Shown here in pieces: positions 9,833 to 19,447 of a stretch of DNA of 64,000 bases. The notes beneath the pieces are model-generated. The model had not been told where the DNA came from. It ran no database searches and saw nothing but the letters and a program-made list of their open reading frames with translations. The position numbers and the translations under genes are program-made. The stretch comes from Nitrospirota bacterium (GTDB lineage Bacteria > Nitrospirota > UBA9217). Positions within the stretch are counted from its first letter, which is position 1, and each line of letters opens with the position of its first letter. Location: NCBI GenBank assembly GCA_963737155.1, contig CAVTRN010000002.1, positions 1,152,001-1,216,000 of the forward strand, in the 5' to 3' direction.

Positions 9833-11755
9833 ATGATACTTGACAAGATAAATACAATTCAGGATCTTCGCGATCTGCCCCATACTGAGCTGCCGCAACT
9901 CGCCGAGGAGCTTCGGCAGGAGATCATTAATGTGGTGTCCAAAACAGGCGGACATCTGGCTCCGAGTCTCGGGGTTGTCGATCTAGCCATTGCGCTACAC
10001 TTCGCCTTCAACACTCCGCAAGACCGCATTGTGTGGGATGTAGGACATCAGGCCTATGCTCACAAGATCCTCACGGGCAGGCGCGCGCAGTTTCCCACAA
10101 TACGCCAGTTCGGCGGGATTAGCGGATTTCCGAAGCGGGAGGAAAGCTCTTTCGATTGTTTCGATGTTGGCCATGCCAGCACGTCCATTTCCGCGGCACT
10201 CGGCATGATCGCTGCACGGGACATCAAGGGAGAGGATTTCAAGGTGATTGCCGTGATCGGCGACGGTTCGATATCTGCAGGTCTTGCCTTCGAGGGCATG
10301 AACCAGGCAGGACATCTGAAGAAGAACCTCATCGTCATCCTGAATGATAACGAAATGTCCATTTCCCCAAACGTGGGAGCGCTCTCTTCCTACCTGAGCA
10401 GGATGATGACTGGCCACTTTTACACCAAACTGCGTAAGGATGCAAAGAATTTTCTACAGGGCATCCCGAAAGTTGGCGAATCCATGTTCAACCTCGCAAA
10501 AAAAGCCGAGGATTCCATCAAAGGCCTTATGGTCCCGGGCATGCTATTCGAGGAGTTGGGGTTTCAGTATATCGGTCCGATAGACGGCCATAATATCGAA
10601 CACCTGCTCTCGACCTTCAGGAACATCAAGGGCTACACCTGGCCCATCCTGATTCACGTGATTACGAAAAAAGGAAAAGGGTGCGAGTTCGCCGAGTGCA
10701 GCCCGTCGCAATACCACGGCACGCCGCCCTTCGATCCTGTAACAGGCAAAACGTTCGTCAAGAAACAGTCGATAATGAGTTATACTGAGGTTTTCGGCAA
10801 AACGATGATCAGAATTGCTGAGGAAAATGACCGGATCGTCGCCATCTCCGCGGCCATGTCGGAGGGCACAGGGTTGGACAAGTTTGCCGAGCTTTTCCCC
10901 GGAAGATTTTTCGATGTCGGCATTGCGGAGTCCCATGGTGTTACCTTTGCCTGTGGTCTTGCCGCGGAAGGGCTCCATCCCGTTGCGGCGATCTACTCCA
11001 CCTTTACCCAGCGCGCCTACGACCAGGTCGTTCACGACCTCTGCCTCCAGAACCTGCCTGTGACGCTTGCCCTGGACCGTGCAGGGCTGGTGGGCGAGGA
11101 CGGCCCCACGCATCATGGTGTATTCGATATTGCTTATCTTCGTCATGTGCCGAACATGGTGGTCATGGCTCCCAAGGACGAGAACGAGCTCCAGCATATG
11201 ATCAAAACCGCAGTCGAACATCCCGGCCCATCGGCGGTGCGTTATCCCCGCGGCATCGGCTGTGGCGTGCCTATGGATCAGGAGCTTAAAACGCTGACTA
11301 TTGGCAAATCCGAGCTTATAAAGGACGGGAATGAAGCCGCGATTATCGCCATCGGCAACATGGTTTGCCCTTCGATCGAAGCAGCAAAACGGCTTGCAGA
11401 CGAAGGGATTTCCGTTGCTGTCATAAACGCGCGGTTCGTGAAGCCCCTCGATGAGGAAATGATCCTCGCTTTTGCCAGAAAGACAGGCAGGATTATAACG
11501 ATTGAAGAGCACGTACTTATCGGCGGCTTCGGAAGTGCCGTGCTGGAATGCCTTGATTCTAAGGGCATTTCAGGTATCAAGACGCATCGCATTGGCATTC
11601 CTGATTTCTACATTGAGCACGGCGCACAGAAAGTGCTAAGGCAGAAGTACGGTCTGGATACCGAAGGTATTTACCGGTCGGTGAAAGACTTTATCGAGAA
11701 ATCCCGATTGAAGGTCGTAGCTCCGGTCGCATCGTTCAAGATGAAGGATGCATAG
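9833..11755 (+). CDS. dxs: 1-deoxy-D-xylulose-5-phosphate synthase
   Basis: GGHLAPSLG, WDVGHQAY, GDG...NDNEMSI, DRAGLVGEDGPTHHG. Confidence 0.98.
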   Translation: MILDKINTIQDLRDLPHTELPQLAEELRQEIINVVSKTGGHLAPSLGVVDLAIALHFAFNTPQDRIVWDVGHQAYAHKILTGRRAQFPTIRQFGGISGFPKREESSFDCFDVGHASTSISAALGMIAARDIKGEDFKVIAVIGDGSISAGLAFEGMNQAGHLKKNLIVILNDNEMSISPNVGALSSYLSRMMTGHFYTKLRKDAKNFLQGIPKVGESMFNLAKKAEDSIKGLMVPGMLFEELGFQYIGPIDGHNIEHLLSTFRNIKGYTWPILIHVITKKGKGCEFAECSPSQYHGTPPFDPVTGKTFVKKQSIMSYTEVFGKTMIRIAEENDRIVAISAAMSEGTGLDKFAELFPGRFFDVGIAESHGVTFACGLAAEGLHPVAAIYSTFTQRAYDQVVHDLCLQNLPVTLALDRAGLVGEDGPTHHGVFDIAYLRHVPNMVVMAPKDENELQHMIKTAVEHPGPSAVRYPRGIGCGVPMDQELKTLTIGKSELIKDGNEAAIIAIGNMVCPSIEAAKRLADEGISVAVINARFVKPLDEEMILAFARKTGRIITIEEHVLIGGFGSAVLECLDSKGISGIKTHRIGIPDFYIEHGAQKVLRQKYGLDTEGIYRSVKDFIEKSRLKVVAPVASFKMKDA

Positions 11756-12346
11756 GGGAGTACCGGAAGAGGGTCGTGGGTCAGGGAAAGAACGGACGAA
11801 GTGCTTCTGATTGATTGCCTTATTTAGTTTTGGAATGACGTCTATTCAATTTTGATTCACCATCCACAGCGTGAAAAGAACAGCAGATGTCCACCTATTT
11901 GCTATCATTAGCAAAGATGACTGCCCAATAAAAAACTTGAGTAATAAACAATGACCTCTGTTGATAACCTATCAGTATCGGATTAGAGTAGTGTCTATAT
12001 TATACTTGGCCGCATTGGTAATTCTGCACCCACTGCTGTATATTATACCAAAGAAACACGGATAGCCGCCAGCAAGATTTACCTACCCGAGAGTTCATAG
12101 GGTCATAGCATTATTTCCCTCCAGCAACAGCGTCAGCTGAGCGGCACTTCCGGCTACGTCAAGGATTTTCGCCTCATTCGCCAAGTACAAAAAGCTATTT
12201 TACGCAATAAAATAATGAGCAATATCGTTTTCATTCGGCTTGACTCGCCGCATTTAGCTAGTACGCCGCTTTTTGAATCTCCGCAGGAGAAAATTTGTTC
12301 GCTCATACATGTTGATTGGGTTGGCATTCTTGCTGAAGTCATAATT

Positions 12347-14230
12347 GATGGATTCGTAAGAAGTAAATTATCGTATTGCGGCTTATCACGCCGCAAGCCG
12401 GATATCCAGCCGTTGGAAATAACCCCAACGCCTGATTGTATCTGAAACAAGCTGTAAACGTTCTTTGACAGCACAAGATAGAATCGAAAGGGCGGCTCTA
12501 GGCACTGGTTCCCCTTCGATTTCTCGCTTGCGGAACGCCGCCGCCCGGATAATGTTGATTCCCGCCGCCTTCAGGTACGCGGCGAAGCTCACTGCGGACA
12601 ATCCTCGGACGCGGAGGTTCTTGACCCCGGTCAATCGGTCAAGCTGAGACATGGTTCCTTCGACCCCTGCCCGGAAGCGGTACCTATCCCGGAACTCGGG
12701 AGTGTCTTCCTGAGCCCGCCGCTGTGCCAGCCGGATTGCTTTATCGTCGTACCGAAGATAGCGACCTTTTTTACCGGGCATTGTCGGACACGTTTTCTTC
12801 CGGGAACAACTGCGGCACGTTTTCTTTGAGAAGAGCGCAGTGTGGTTGTTGTCTTTGCTCCGGGTTTTCTCCGGAGCGCATCCCTCGGGGCAGAAAGTGA
12901 TTTCGTTTTCGCTGTTCATGGTGAATGCCGTGAGCGGCACGCTGTTTTCGTCAAGTTTGCCCATAACCGGAGAAACGACCTCGATTCCCAAGGTCTTTGC
13001 CTTCTCGCAGTTTTCATCGCTACCGTAGAGTGAGTCGGCAGCAATTTCTTCAGGCTTCAGCCCAAGCTCCGTGGTGGATTCGATGAGCGGGACCAGGGCA
13101 TGGGCATCGCTCTTGTGGGCAGGTTCTACGATCACGCTGGTGATCAAGTTCAGGGTGTTGGTATCCTCGGAAGTACTGTAGCTTTCGGCAACCTGCACCT
13201 GGTAGCCCTTGCCTTTATGACCGTCATACCCGGCGTCGGGGTCGGAAGGGTTTTGCAGGGAATCGGAAGGAACGTCCTTGTTGGCTTTGACCGAGACCTG
13301 GGTTGTATGCGTATCAACGCGCTCCACGATGCATTGCTCTTTAAGCAGCCGGGCAAGGAGCTGATAGGTATTCATGGTGGTAACGGGCTCATTTCCCGCG
13401 AACTGCTCCACCAGACTGAACACGTCGTTGGCCAGCGTTGCGAGCGTATTTATCGATTCCGAGGGTTTCACCATGGAGAAAACGGCCTCACCCTGTTTGG
13501 TCATGTACCGGTCGGTGATAGTTGTCTCTAATGATTCGTAGAGGTCTTTATGGTGGCGCTTGAGGTTCACCAGGAACTTCTTGATGGTCTTTACGAACAA
13601 GCCGAGCCGGCCCAGGTGTCGCATATTGGAGAAGATATGGACCGAGTCGAAACGCTGCTTGGCGACATCGACTTTGAACACCTCGGCAAGCTTCGTCGCG
13701 ACTTCTTCAAAAATAGCCTGGTAGAGGTTCCGTTCGATCAGAAGATCGCGCATGTTCCAGAGGGTCTTGGGGCTGACATAAGCGGCGGCATCGTCCGTCC
13801 TGGTGATATTCAGGGCGTATTGCCATTGGAGATTGTAGGCAAACTGGTCCACGGCTTCCTCGTCGGTCAGGTTGTGCATCTGTTGGATGACCATGAGACC
13901 GATCATGGCATAGAGTTCCTTGGTCGGTGCTCCGAAAACCGGATCGTATTTGGAAAAGATCTTCTCTACCGGCAACGTGGGAAGAATGTGCTCTCGAAAA
14001 ACCTTTGCCCAGGACTCCTCGATGCGCTGTTTGCGTTTGGGTCCCAGAAAAGGAAAGGGGTCGAACATGTCGGGGGTTTTGTGATCCTTGATGTGGATCA
14101 TTCTGGCTCCTTGATTGCGAATTGTGATGCTATTGTGTATCACAAAACCCCTTGTGCTGCAATGGTTATATGATGTTTCACATGACTTATTTTAGCTGAA
14201 TCACGACTATCGACTTATTACGAGACCATC
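12347..14230 (-). mobile_element. Complete insertion sequence (1884 bp), DDE type, IS1182/ISNCY(ISDol1)-like
   Basis: 18-bp imperfect TIRs GATGGATTCGTAAGAAGT / ACTTATTACGAGACCATC; 6-bp TSD ATAATT at 12341-12346 and 14231-14236. Family assignment is tentative. Confidence 0.9.
12386..14101 (-). CDS. DDE transposase
   Basis: FDSVH, SDPDAGY, ADSLYG, Cys cluster and RYRFRAGVEG motifs; GGAG upstream of ATG 14101. Confidence 0.92.
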   Translation of the reverse strand: MIHIKDHKTPDMFDPFPFLGPKRKQRIEESWAKVFREHILPTLPVEKIFSKYDPVFGAPTKELYAMIGLMVIQQMHNLTDEEAVDQFAYNLQWQYALNITRTDDAAAYVSPKTLWNMRDLLIERNLYQAIFEEVATKLAEVFKVDVAKQRFDSVHIFSNMRHLGRLGLFVKTIKKFLVNLKRHHKDLYESLETTITDRYMTKQGEAVFSMVKPSESINTLATLANDVFSLVEQFAGNEPVTTMNTYQLLARLLKEQCIVERVDTHTTQVSVKANKDVPSDSLQNPSDPDAGYDGHKGKGYQVQVAESYSTSEDTNTLNLITSVIVEPAHKSDAHALVPLIESTTELGLKPEEIAADSLYGSDENCEKAKTLGIEVVSPVMGKLDENSVPLTAFTMNSENEITFCPEGCAPEKTRSKDNNHTALFSKKTCRSCSRKKTCPTMPGKKGRYLRYDDKAIRLAQRRAQEDTPEFRDRYRFRAGVEGTMSQLDRLTGVKNLRVRGLSAVSFAAYLKAAGINIIRAAAFRKREIEGEPVPRAALSILSCAVKERLQLVSDTIRRWGYFQRLDIRLAA

Positions 14231-14394
14231 ATAATTCCCCGTATGCATATACTGCAAGCAAAATCATAAGGCATTATTCCGCACTGATTGAGTTTTTCAA
14301 CGTTGTATCGGAATCGCTGTGAGCATCGATTGTCCGTTGACAGCTTGTTTTGCTTCTGATAGGCTCAGGCAGGAAACATTCTTTCGCCTTCGTA

Positions 14395-15156
14395 ATGATT
14401 GACAAAGAAAAAAATAGAAGGAAGAAGATTCGTATTGACCGACTCCTCTTAGAACGGGCGCTGGCCGGAAGCAGAGAACGCGCACAGGCCATGATCTTTG
14501 CTGGCCAGATCCTTGTAAATGACCGGAAAGTTTCCAAGGCAGGAACGCTCGTTCCAGAAGATGCCGATATCCGGATCCTGGGCGAGATGTCGCGGTACGT
14601 GGGTAGGGGCGGGTTGAAACTGGAGCATGCACTCTCCGAATTTCATATTGATATTGAAGGCAAAACTGCGATTGACATTGGCGCGTCTACCGGCGGTTTC
14701 ACTGACTGCCTGCTGCAGCATGGATGTAAAAAAGTATACGCGGTTGACGTGGGTTACGGACAACTGGCCTGGAAACTGAGACAGGATAAGCGCGTTGTCG
14801 TTATTGAGCGGACCAACATCCGGGGCATGGATGCATCTCTCATTCCTGAAACGGTTGAGCTTGCGGTTATCGATGTATCATTTATCTCGCTCGAGAAAGT
14901 TATCCCCTCGATCCTGAAATATCTCAAGCCGGTTTCGGGGCTCATCGCCCTCATTAAGCCGCAGTTTGAAGTGGGAAAAGACCAGGTGGGGAAAGGCGGT
15001 ATCGTTCGGGATGAAGCGGCTAGAGCAGATACAGTAGCCAGAATCACCGAATTTGTGCGGAGTCTCAGTTTTGAAGTGCGAGGTGTCATCCCATCGCCGA
15101 TCACAGGGCATGATGGGAATGTGGAATTTCTGCTTTATGCGACCACCGGCGGATAG
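14395..15156 (+). CDS. tlyA: TlyA family rRNA 2'-O-methyltransferase
   Basis: S4 domain, YVGRGGLKL, DIGASTGGFTD, DVSFISL, LIKPQFE; usual neighbour of dxs. Confidence 0.96.
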   Translation: MIDKEKNRRKKIRIDRLLLERALAGSRERAQAMIFAGQILVNDRKVSKAGTLVPEDADIRILGEMSRYVGRGGLKLEHALSEFHIDIEGKTAIDIGASTGGFTDCLLQHGCKKVYAVDVGYGQLAWKLRQDKRVVVIERTNIRGMDASLIPETVELAVIDVSFISLEKVIPSILKYLKPVSGLIALIKPQFEVGKDQVGKGGIVRDEAARADTVARITEFVRSLSFEVRGVIPSPITGHDGNVEFLLYATTGG

Positions 15157-15323
15157 CTATCTTTAATGGTTTTGCGTCCAGTCTGAACATCATGGGTAAT
15201 TCCGAAATATTCCAGATATTGTCATTTAAGACCTTTTCGATCGAGATCGAATCGATCGAGAGGGAACTGGCGGAAATGGGCTGCACGCTGGATGCCGCTA
15301 TATCAATGGCCGTAATGCCCTAG

Positions 15324-15422
15324 TTCCTCAACATGGTTCTTGGTGTGTTGTCGCAGACCATTGATTCGCTCAGACTTCACTACGTCGAGTTTTGCAGCAA
15401 TTTGGTGAAAAGTGGCGGGTGA
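15324..15422 (+). pseudogene. Relic of a V/A-type ATPase subunit I C-terminus
   Basis: Translates FLNMVLGVLSQTIDSLRLHYVEFCSNLVKSGG*, matching the (H)xLRLHxVEF..F..GG signature. Stop codon immediately upstream, no full ORF. Confidence 0.65.
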
Positions 15423-15483
15423 AAAATTCGGGCCGCGCGGAAAATAGTTGGTATAATTTATATCGTGCGCAGGGGTTGGTGTT

Positions 15484-16275
15484 TTAAGAGGCAGTTAATC
15501 TCTTGGCAAACTCTTCGCCCAGCACGACAATTGATTCAATGTCCAGGAACTTGTCTACATGGTAGTCCAGGAGTAGTTTGACCTGCGCCGGGAAGTTCTC
15601 TTCCGGTGCCGCATCGTAGAACAGCAGTAAGACAGGATAGTGTGGGAAGAAACGAAATCTAAATGCCGCGTCGTGATTACCCTTCATTCCCGTTTCGACC
15701 CCGCCAAGCCTCTCGCAGGCCGACTTGAGGCCTTTCAAATTCCCCGCAAAAAATTTTGCGATCACTTCTTCCACATGGCTCGCCCATGCCTTGTCTTTCG
15801 CATGCGACGCCGGAACCGAAGCGAAGGTTAGCCACTCACCGGAAGGCGCTGGAGGGGCATTCATACAGAGATGGTTATAGATCAGGATCGATATAAAAGG
15901 CTCCGGCTCCGCGCCCGTTAGGCCGAGAATGCGCTCTTTTGTGATGGTATAGTCCTCGTTCAGGAACGAGATTTCTAGGCAATCCTTCCCCCGAGGGACC
16001 GCGCCCACAGACTCCGCTACGCGGGCGAAGTCAAGAGCGGCTACCCTTGGCCGGAGCGCAGCGAGCGTCTGCTCGAATACTGTACCGCGCGGGGTGGTTT
16101 GTTTTCGTTCCTCCTCAAGGAGTGCCTCTCGGACTGATGCGGTCATGTTCGGGCAGTCATTTGTTTTCGCCTGGCGCGTTGTCAGCTTGGCAGCAAAGCC
16201 GAAACAACTTGTCATACCGCATTTGCCGCAGTTTGTCCTGGGAAGGTACTTATAGATTTCTACGGCGGTTTTCAT
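15484..16275 (-). CDS. Fe-S cluster domain (LPxxNCGxCG..C) plus DUF3786-like domain protein
   Basis: YLPRTNCGKCGMTSC...CP N-terminus; C-terminal FxFFPxYPVLLLFYDA..FPA pattern. Confidence 0.8.
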   Translation of the reverse strand: MKTAVEIYKYLPRTNCGKCGMTSCFGFAAKLTTRQAKTNDCPNMTASVREALLEEERKQTTPRGTVFEQTLAALRPRVAALDFARVAESVGAVPRGKDCLEISFLNEDYTITKERILGLTGAEPEPFISILIYNHLCMNAPPAPSGEWLTFASVPASHAKDKAWASHVEEVIAKFFAGNLKGLKSACERLGGVETGMKGNHDAAFRFRFFPHYPVLLLFYDAAPEENFPAQVKLLLDYHVDKFLDIESIVVLGEEFAKRLTAS

Positions 16276-16423
16276 TCGTTTAAACTTAACGCTTTTCCAT
16301 CTGGCTGTCAAATTGTTATATGCCTTAGGCCAGGACATCTCGGCAATACTTGACAACAAATACTCCAATTGTTATTGTATCGAATACACTATCGAGACAG
16401 TCTCAGAGAAGAGAGGAATCTTC

Positions 16424-16837
16424 ATGGAATGGACTGAAAAACTCGCCACGGGCATCTCCACGATAGACAGTCAGCATAAGGAATTGTTTAAACGGATCAA
16501 TAATCTCGTAGTCGCCATTAAACAGCAGCGATGCAGGTCGGAGATAGACGGGATGATTCAATTTCTCGATGATTACGCGCGGGTCCATTTTTCCGAGGAG
16601 GAAAAACATATGCGCGAAACCAACTACCCCGGAATCAAGGAACAACTCGAAAGTCACAAGCAATACCTTGCCGCGCTCGCCGAGCTAAAGAATCAGCCAG
16701 CGTTGCCGCGCATCCAGGGCAGTTCCTATGATTTATCGGCGACAATAAACCAGGTTGTCGTTGACTGGATCGTGGACCACATCATGCGTCTGGATATGAA
16801 ATTCGGCGAGTTCTTAAAACAACGCGGGAAAGGATAA
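16424..16837 (+). CDS. Bacteriohemerythrin
   Basis: W...LATGI..IDxQHKELF, HFSEEE, W..DHI...D; GAGGA RBS. Confidence 0.9.
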   Translation: MEWTEKLATGISTIDSQHKELFKRINNLVVAIKQQRCRSEIDGMIQFLDDYARVHFSEEEKHMRETNYPGIKEQLESHKQYLAALAELKNQPALPRIQGSSYDLSATINQVVVDWIVDHIMRLDMKFGEFLKQRGKG

Positions 16838-17109
16838 GGATAGCTGAGGCTTGCGTGGCAAAGGATAGAAAAGGTTCGAGCTAAGTGTGCGGCTTGGCAC
16901 CCTTCTGTCCCAGGTCACTATTTTGAAATCTGGACTATTTCTTGTTCACTGAATCGCACACCTTCTTTAGCAGAAGCGTTCGGCGAGCTGGGGTTCTCAG
17001 CTGGTCAAGCTTTAATTGTATATTAGCAACTTTTATGATATATTATATTCAATGGAATATATAAATAAAGGCTAAGCATCAGTAAACTAACAACTTGAGG
17101 CCGTAAAAA

Positions 17110-18801
17110 GTGTCAACTAGGAAAAGCACCAAAAATAAGAATGGTGGTGGAAAAGACACCCTGTCATTCACTGCAAATATGCTTCTGGATGATCACCCCT
17201 ACCCGGAAATAAAGACCTCTCTTTATGCCATCCTCGACGATACGGGCATCTTGTATGGCCGTATAAAGCGGACCCTGTTTAAAGACTGCATTCGCTCCGG
17301 CAAAAAAACAACAGAATTAAAGAACGAATACCTGTCAACTTACAAGATCACCGCACGGCAGTTCAATGCAATCCGCTATGACCTGGACGGGAATATCAAG
17401 GCGGTAACGGAAATCAACAAGCTCAGAATCCTGGATCTTGAAGAGAAAATAATATCGGTAAAAAAGTGGATTGCAAACAATGAGTCAAGAATACTCAAAA
17501 TAACGGATGATGTGAGTATCCCAAGCACTGAAAAAAAGATCCAGGCAAAGGAGCTTCAGTATCGTGTTGATAATAAGAAACGAAAGCTTGCTTCTTTGGA
17601 GCAAAAGCTTTCCAAGCTCAGGGAAGATCAGAAAAACCGGCGGGTAAGGATTTGTTTCGGGTCAAACAAGATATTCAGAAAACAATTTTCCCTGGAGGAA
17701 AACGGGTACAAGAGCCACAATGAATGGCTCCTGGACTGGAAAAGGTCTCGCAATAACACTTTCTTTTGCCTTGGCTCGAAGGACGAATCGGGCGGGAACC
17801 AAACGTGCACCCTGAAGTCCGATGGGACGATGAGATTAAGGGTCCCTGATTGTATGAAGGACAAATACGGGCATTCCATTGTAATTCCCCGCATAAAATA
17901 TCCCTATGGTCAGGAACATATCGAAACGGCCCTTCAGGCCGGAATAGCGATTTCTCACAGGTTTACCAGGGGCGAGAAGGGCTGGTACCTGCACACGACG
18001 GTAGATGTTCCAAAGGCAAAAACAGTTACTTACAAGCCAAAGGAAATCGGGTCTATCGGAGTGGACGTCAATGAAAAAGAAATCGCGGTTAGCGAGACCG
18101 ACCGGTACGGGAATTATGTCAGGAGCATAACATATCCATCCTGCGTTAAGGATTTGCGTACTGAACAGACAGAAGCAATGTATAGCGATATCTGCCAGTC
18201 CATCGTGGACCGGGCAGCCAAGACGGGAAAACCTATATCCCACGAAGAACTCGATTTTAGCAAGAAGAAAGCTTCCTTAAAAGAGCAGGGCGTTACTTAC
18301 GCAAGGATGCTTTCCGGTTTCGCCTACGGAACCTTCCTCACCCTGCTGGATAGAAGGGCGGCAAAACATGGCGTTTCCGTGCTCCCGGTCAACCCTGCTT
18401 TCACCACGACCATAGGGAAATTTAATTACGTGGACCGCTATGGTATTACGTCGCATGAAGCTGCGGCGCTGGCCATCGCGAGACGCTCTCAGCATTTCAG
18501 TGAAAGGCCTGATTCCGCCAGAATCGCGCCTCCCGTACCTGCAAGGAATCGGGGAGCGCATATCTGGAGCATTTGGAGAAGGCTGAAGACGAGACAGGCG
18601 GGCGGTAGCATTAGCCTGACCGGCTCAAGGCGGTCCTTACAGGACTCCTCAGGTTGCGCTGAACCACAAACGAAATTTACATCAACGAAGACAGCGCAAT
18701 CCATGCGGCCACCTCTTGCTACAATAAAGAGTGTGCACCGCCGCATGGGATCCCAATTCAAAAATCACGGGACTTGGGTGAATCAGAGGCATGCGCCCTG
18801 A
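17110..18801 (+). CDS. tnpB: Large TnpB-related RNA-guided nuclease-family protein (no Zn finger, variant RuvC-III)
   Basis: RuvC-I IGVDVN, RuvC-II ISHEELDF, VNPAFTT, then SHEAAALAIARR. Paralogue lies next to IS607 tnpA at 53911..55523. Confidence 0.85.
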   Translation: MSTRKSTKNKNGGGKDTLSFTANMLLDDHPYPEIKTSLYAILDDTGILYGRIKRTLFKDCIRSGKKTTELKNEYLSTYKITARQFNAIRYDLDGNIKAVTEINKLRILDLEEKIISVKKWIANNESRILKITDDVSIPSTEKKIQAKELQYRVDNKKRKLASLEQKLSKLREDQKNRRVRICFGSNKIFRKQFSLEENGYKSHNEWLLDWKRSRNNTFFCLGSKDESGGNQTCTLKSDGTMRLRVPDCMKDKYGHSIVIPRIKYPYGQEHIETALQAGIAISHRFTRGEKGWYLHTTVDVPKAKTVTYKPKEIGSIGVDVNEKEIAVSETDRYGNYVRSITYPSCVKDLRTEQTEAMYSDICQSIVDRAAKTGKPISHEELDFSKKKASLKEQGVTYARMLSGFAYGTFLTLLDRRAAKHGVSVLPVNPAFTTTIGKFNYVDRYGITSHEAAALAIARRSQHFSERPDSARIAPPVPARNRGAHIWSIWRRLKTRQAGGSISLTGSRRSLQDSSGCAEPQTKFTSTKTAQSMRPPLATIKSVHRRMGSQFKNHGTWVNQRHAP

Positions 18802-18874
18802 CGTTAACCGGCAGCAGCACTGTTCGGCTGCCGTCCTAGTATATGGAAATAAAATACTATGGTTCCAGGAACGG
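18538..18874 (+). ncRNA. Putative omegaRNA scaffold of IS607 copy 1
   Basis: Stems CCTGCAAGGA/TCCTTACAGG, TTGCGCTG/CAGCGCAA, TCCC/GGGA, GGCAGC/GCTGCC; conserved in copy 2 and in part in copy 3. 5' boundary inferred. Confidence 0.65.
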
Positions 18875-19108
18875 TTGAGAATGAAATCCATGACTGTCTC
18901 AATAATTCCTTTCCGTTGGCTCTGATGGTTTTTTGCCCTTTTTTAGGGGATGTATCAGCAATTCCGCAACAAATTAATTTCCTATCGAGAACCTTTTAGA
19001 AAACCAATAGTTATCTCCAAAAACCCACTAGGAGCAAATTCGCATTCAAAATAATGCTTGACTTTTTCCAAAATCTGATATTTAATAGAATATCAGATAG
19101 GAGGGAAT

Positions 19109-19444
19109 ATGAAAAATCGTTCTGCTCTGCCAGAAAAGGAGCGTCGTGCCCGGTCCAAGGCTACCCAACTCATTCATGGCAAGGACCTTATCATCGGGGG
19201 CCTCGTGGAGATGGCGCGAACTTGCGGTAAACCGAACTGTAAATGTACCAAGGGAGTAAAGCACAAATCGTGGTGCGTGTCCTTAAAGCACAAGGGAAAG
19301 CGTAAGATGATCCATATTCCGCATGAGTGCGAGGAAGCGATTTTTCAGGGTGTAAAAGCATATCAGGAGTTATGGGAGCAGATGAGCGTTATCTCGGAAA
19401 CAAGTCTTGAGCGTATCCTCGCATCCCGGAAGGGCAAGGAGTAG
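19109..19444 (+). CDS. IS accessory protein with CGKPNCKC..H motif (DUF6788-like)
   Basis: RTCGKPNCKCTKGVKH; GGAGG RBS; inside the TIRs. Confidence 0.8.
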   Translation: MKNRSALPEKERRARSKATQLIHGKDLIIGGLVEMARTCGKPNCKCTKGVKHKSWCVSLKHKGKRKMIHIPHECEEAIFQGVKAYQELWEQMSVISETSLERILASRKGKE

Positions 19445-19447
19445 CGT

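Larger units (their letters stand above)
12142..14319 (+). mobile_element. Decayed MITE (~290 bp) related to the IS at 18956..20893, interrupted by a nested IS
   Basis: 14255..14319 resembles 20829..20893 including the end TTGTATCGGAATCGCTG. The left part CGGCACTTCCG...GAGCAATATCGTTTTCA...GCTTGACT loosely resembles the left end at 18956. No clean TSD. Confidence 0.55.
16994..18874 (+). mobile_element. IS607-family element copy 1 (tnpA deleted, tnpB-like ORF intact)
   Basis: Left junction GGGG|T lies 58 nt before a residual ATG (57 nt in copy 2). A tnpA tail relic (LEAVKSVN* vs LEAMENGK*) overlaps the tnpB start. Right end ...AGGAACGG is shared with copy 2. Confidence 0.8.

Noticed and set aside
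18875-18894. Guide targeting a distant promoter (TldR-like domesticated repressor)
   Set aside because: No second match to the predicted guides noticed by eye in the window; they look like plain flanking DNA. A genome-wide search is needed to exclude it.
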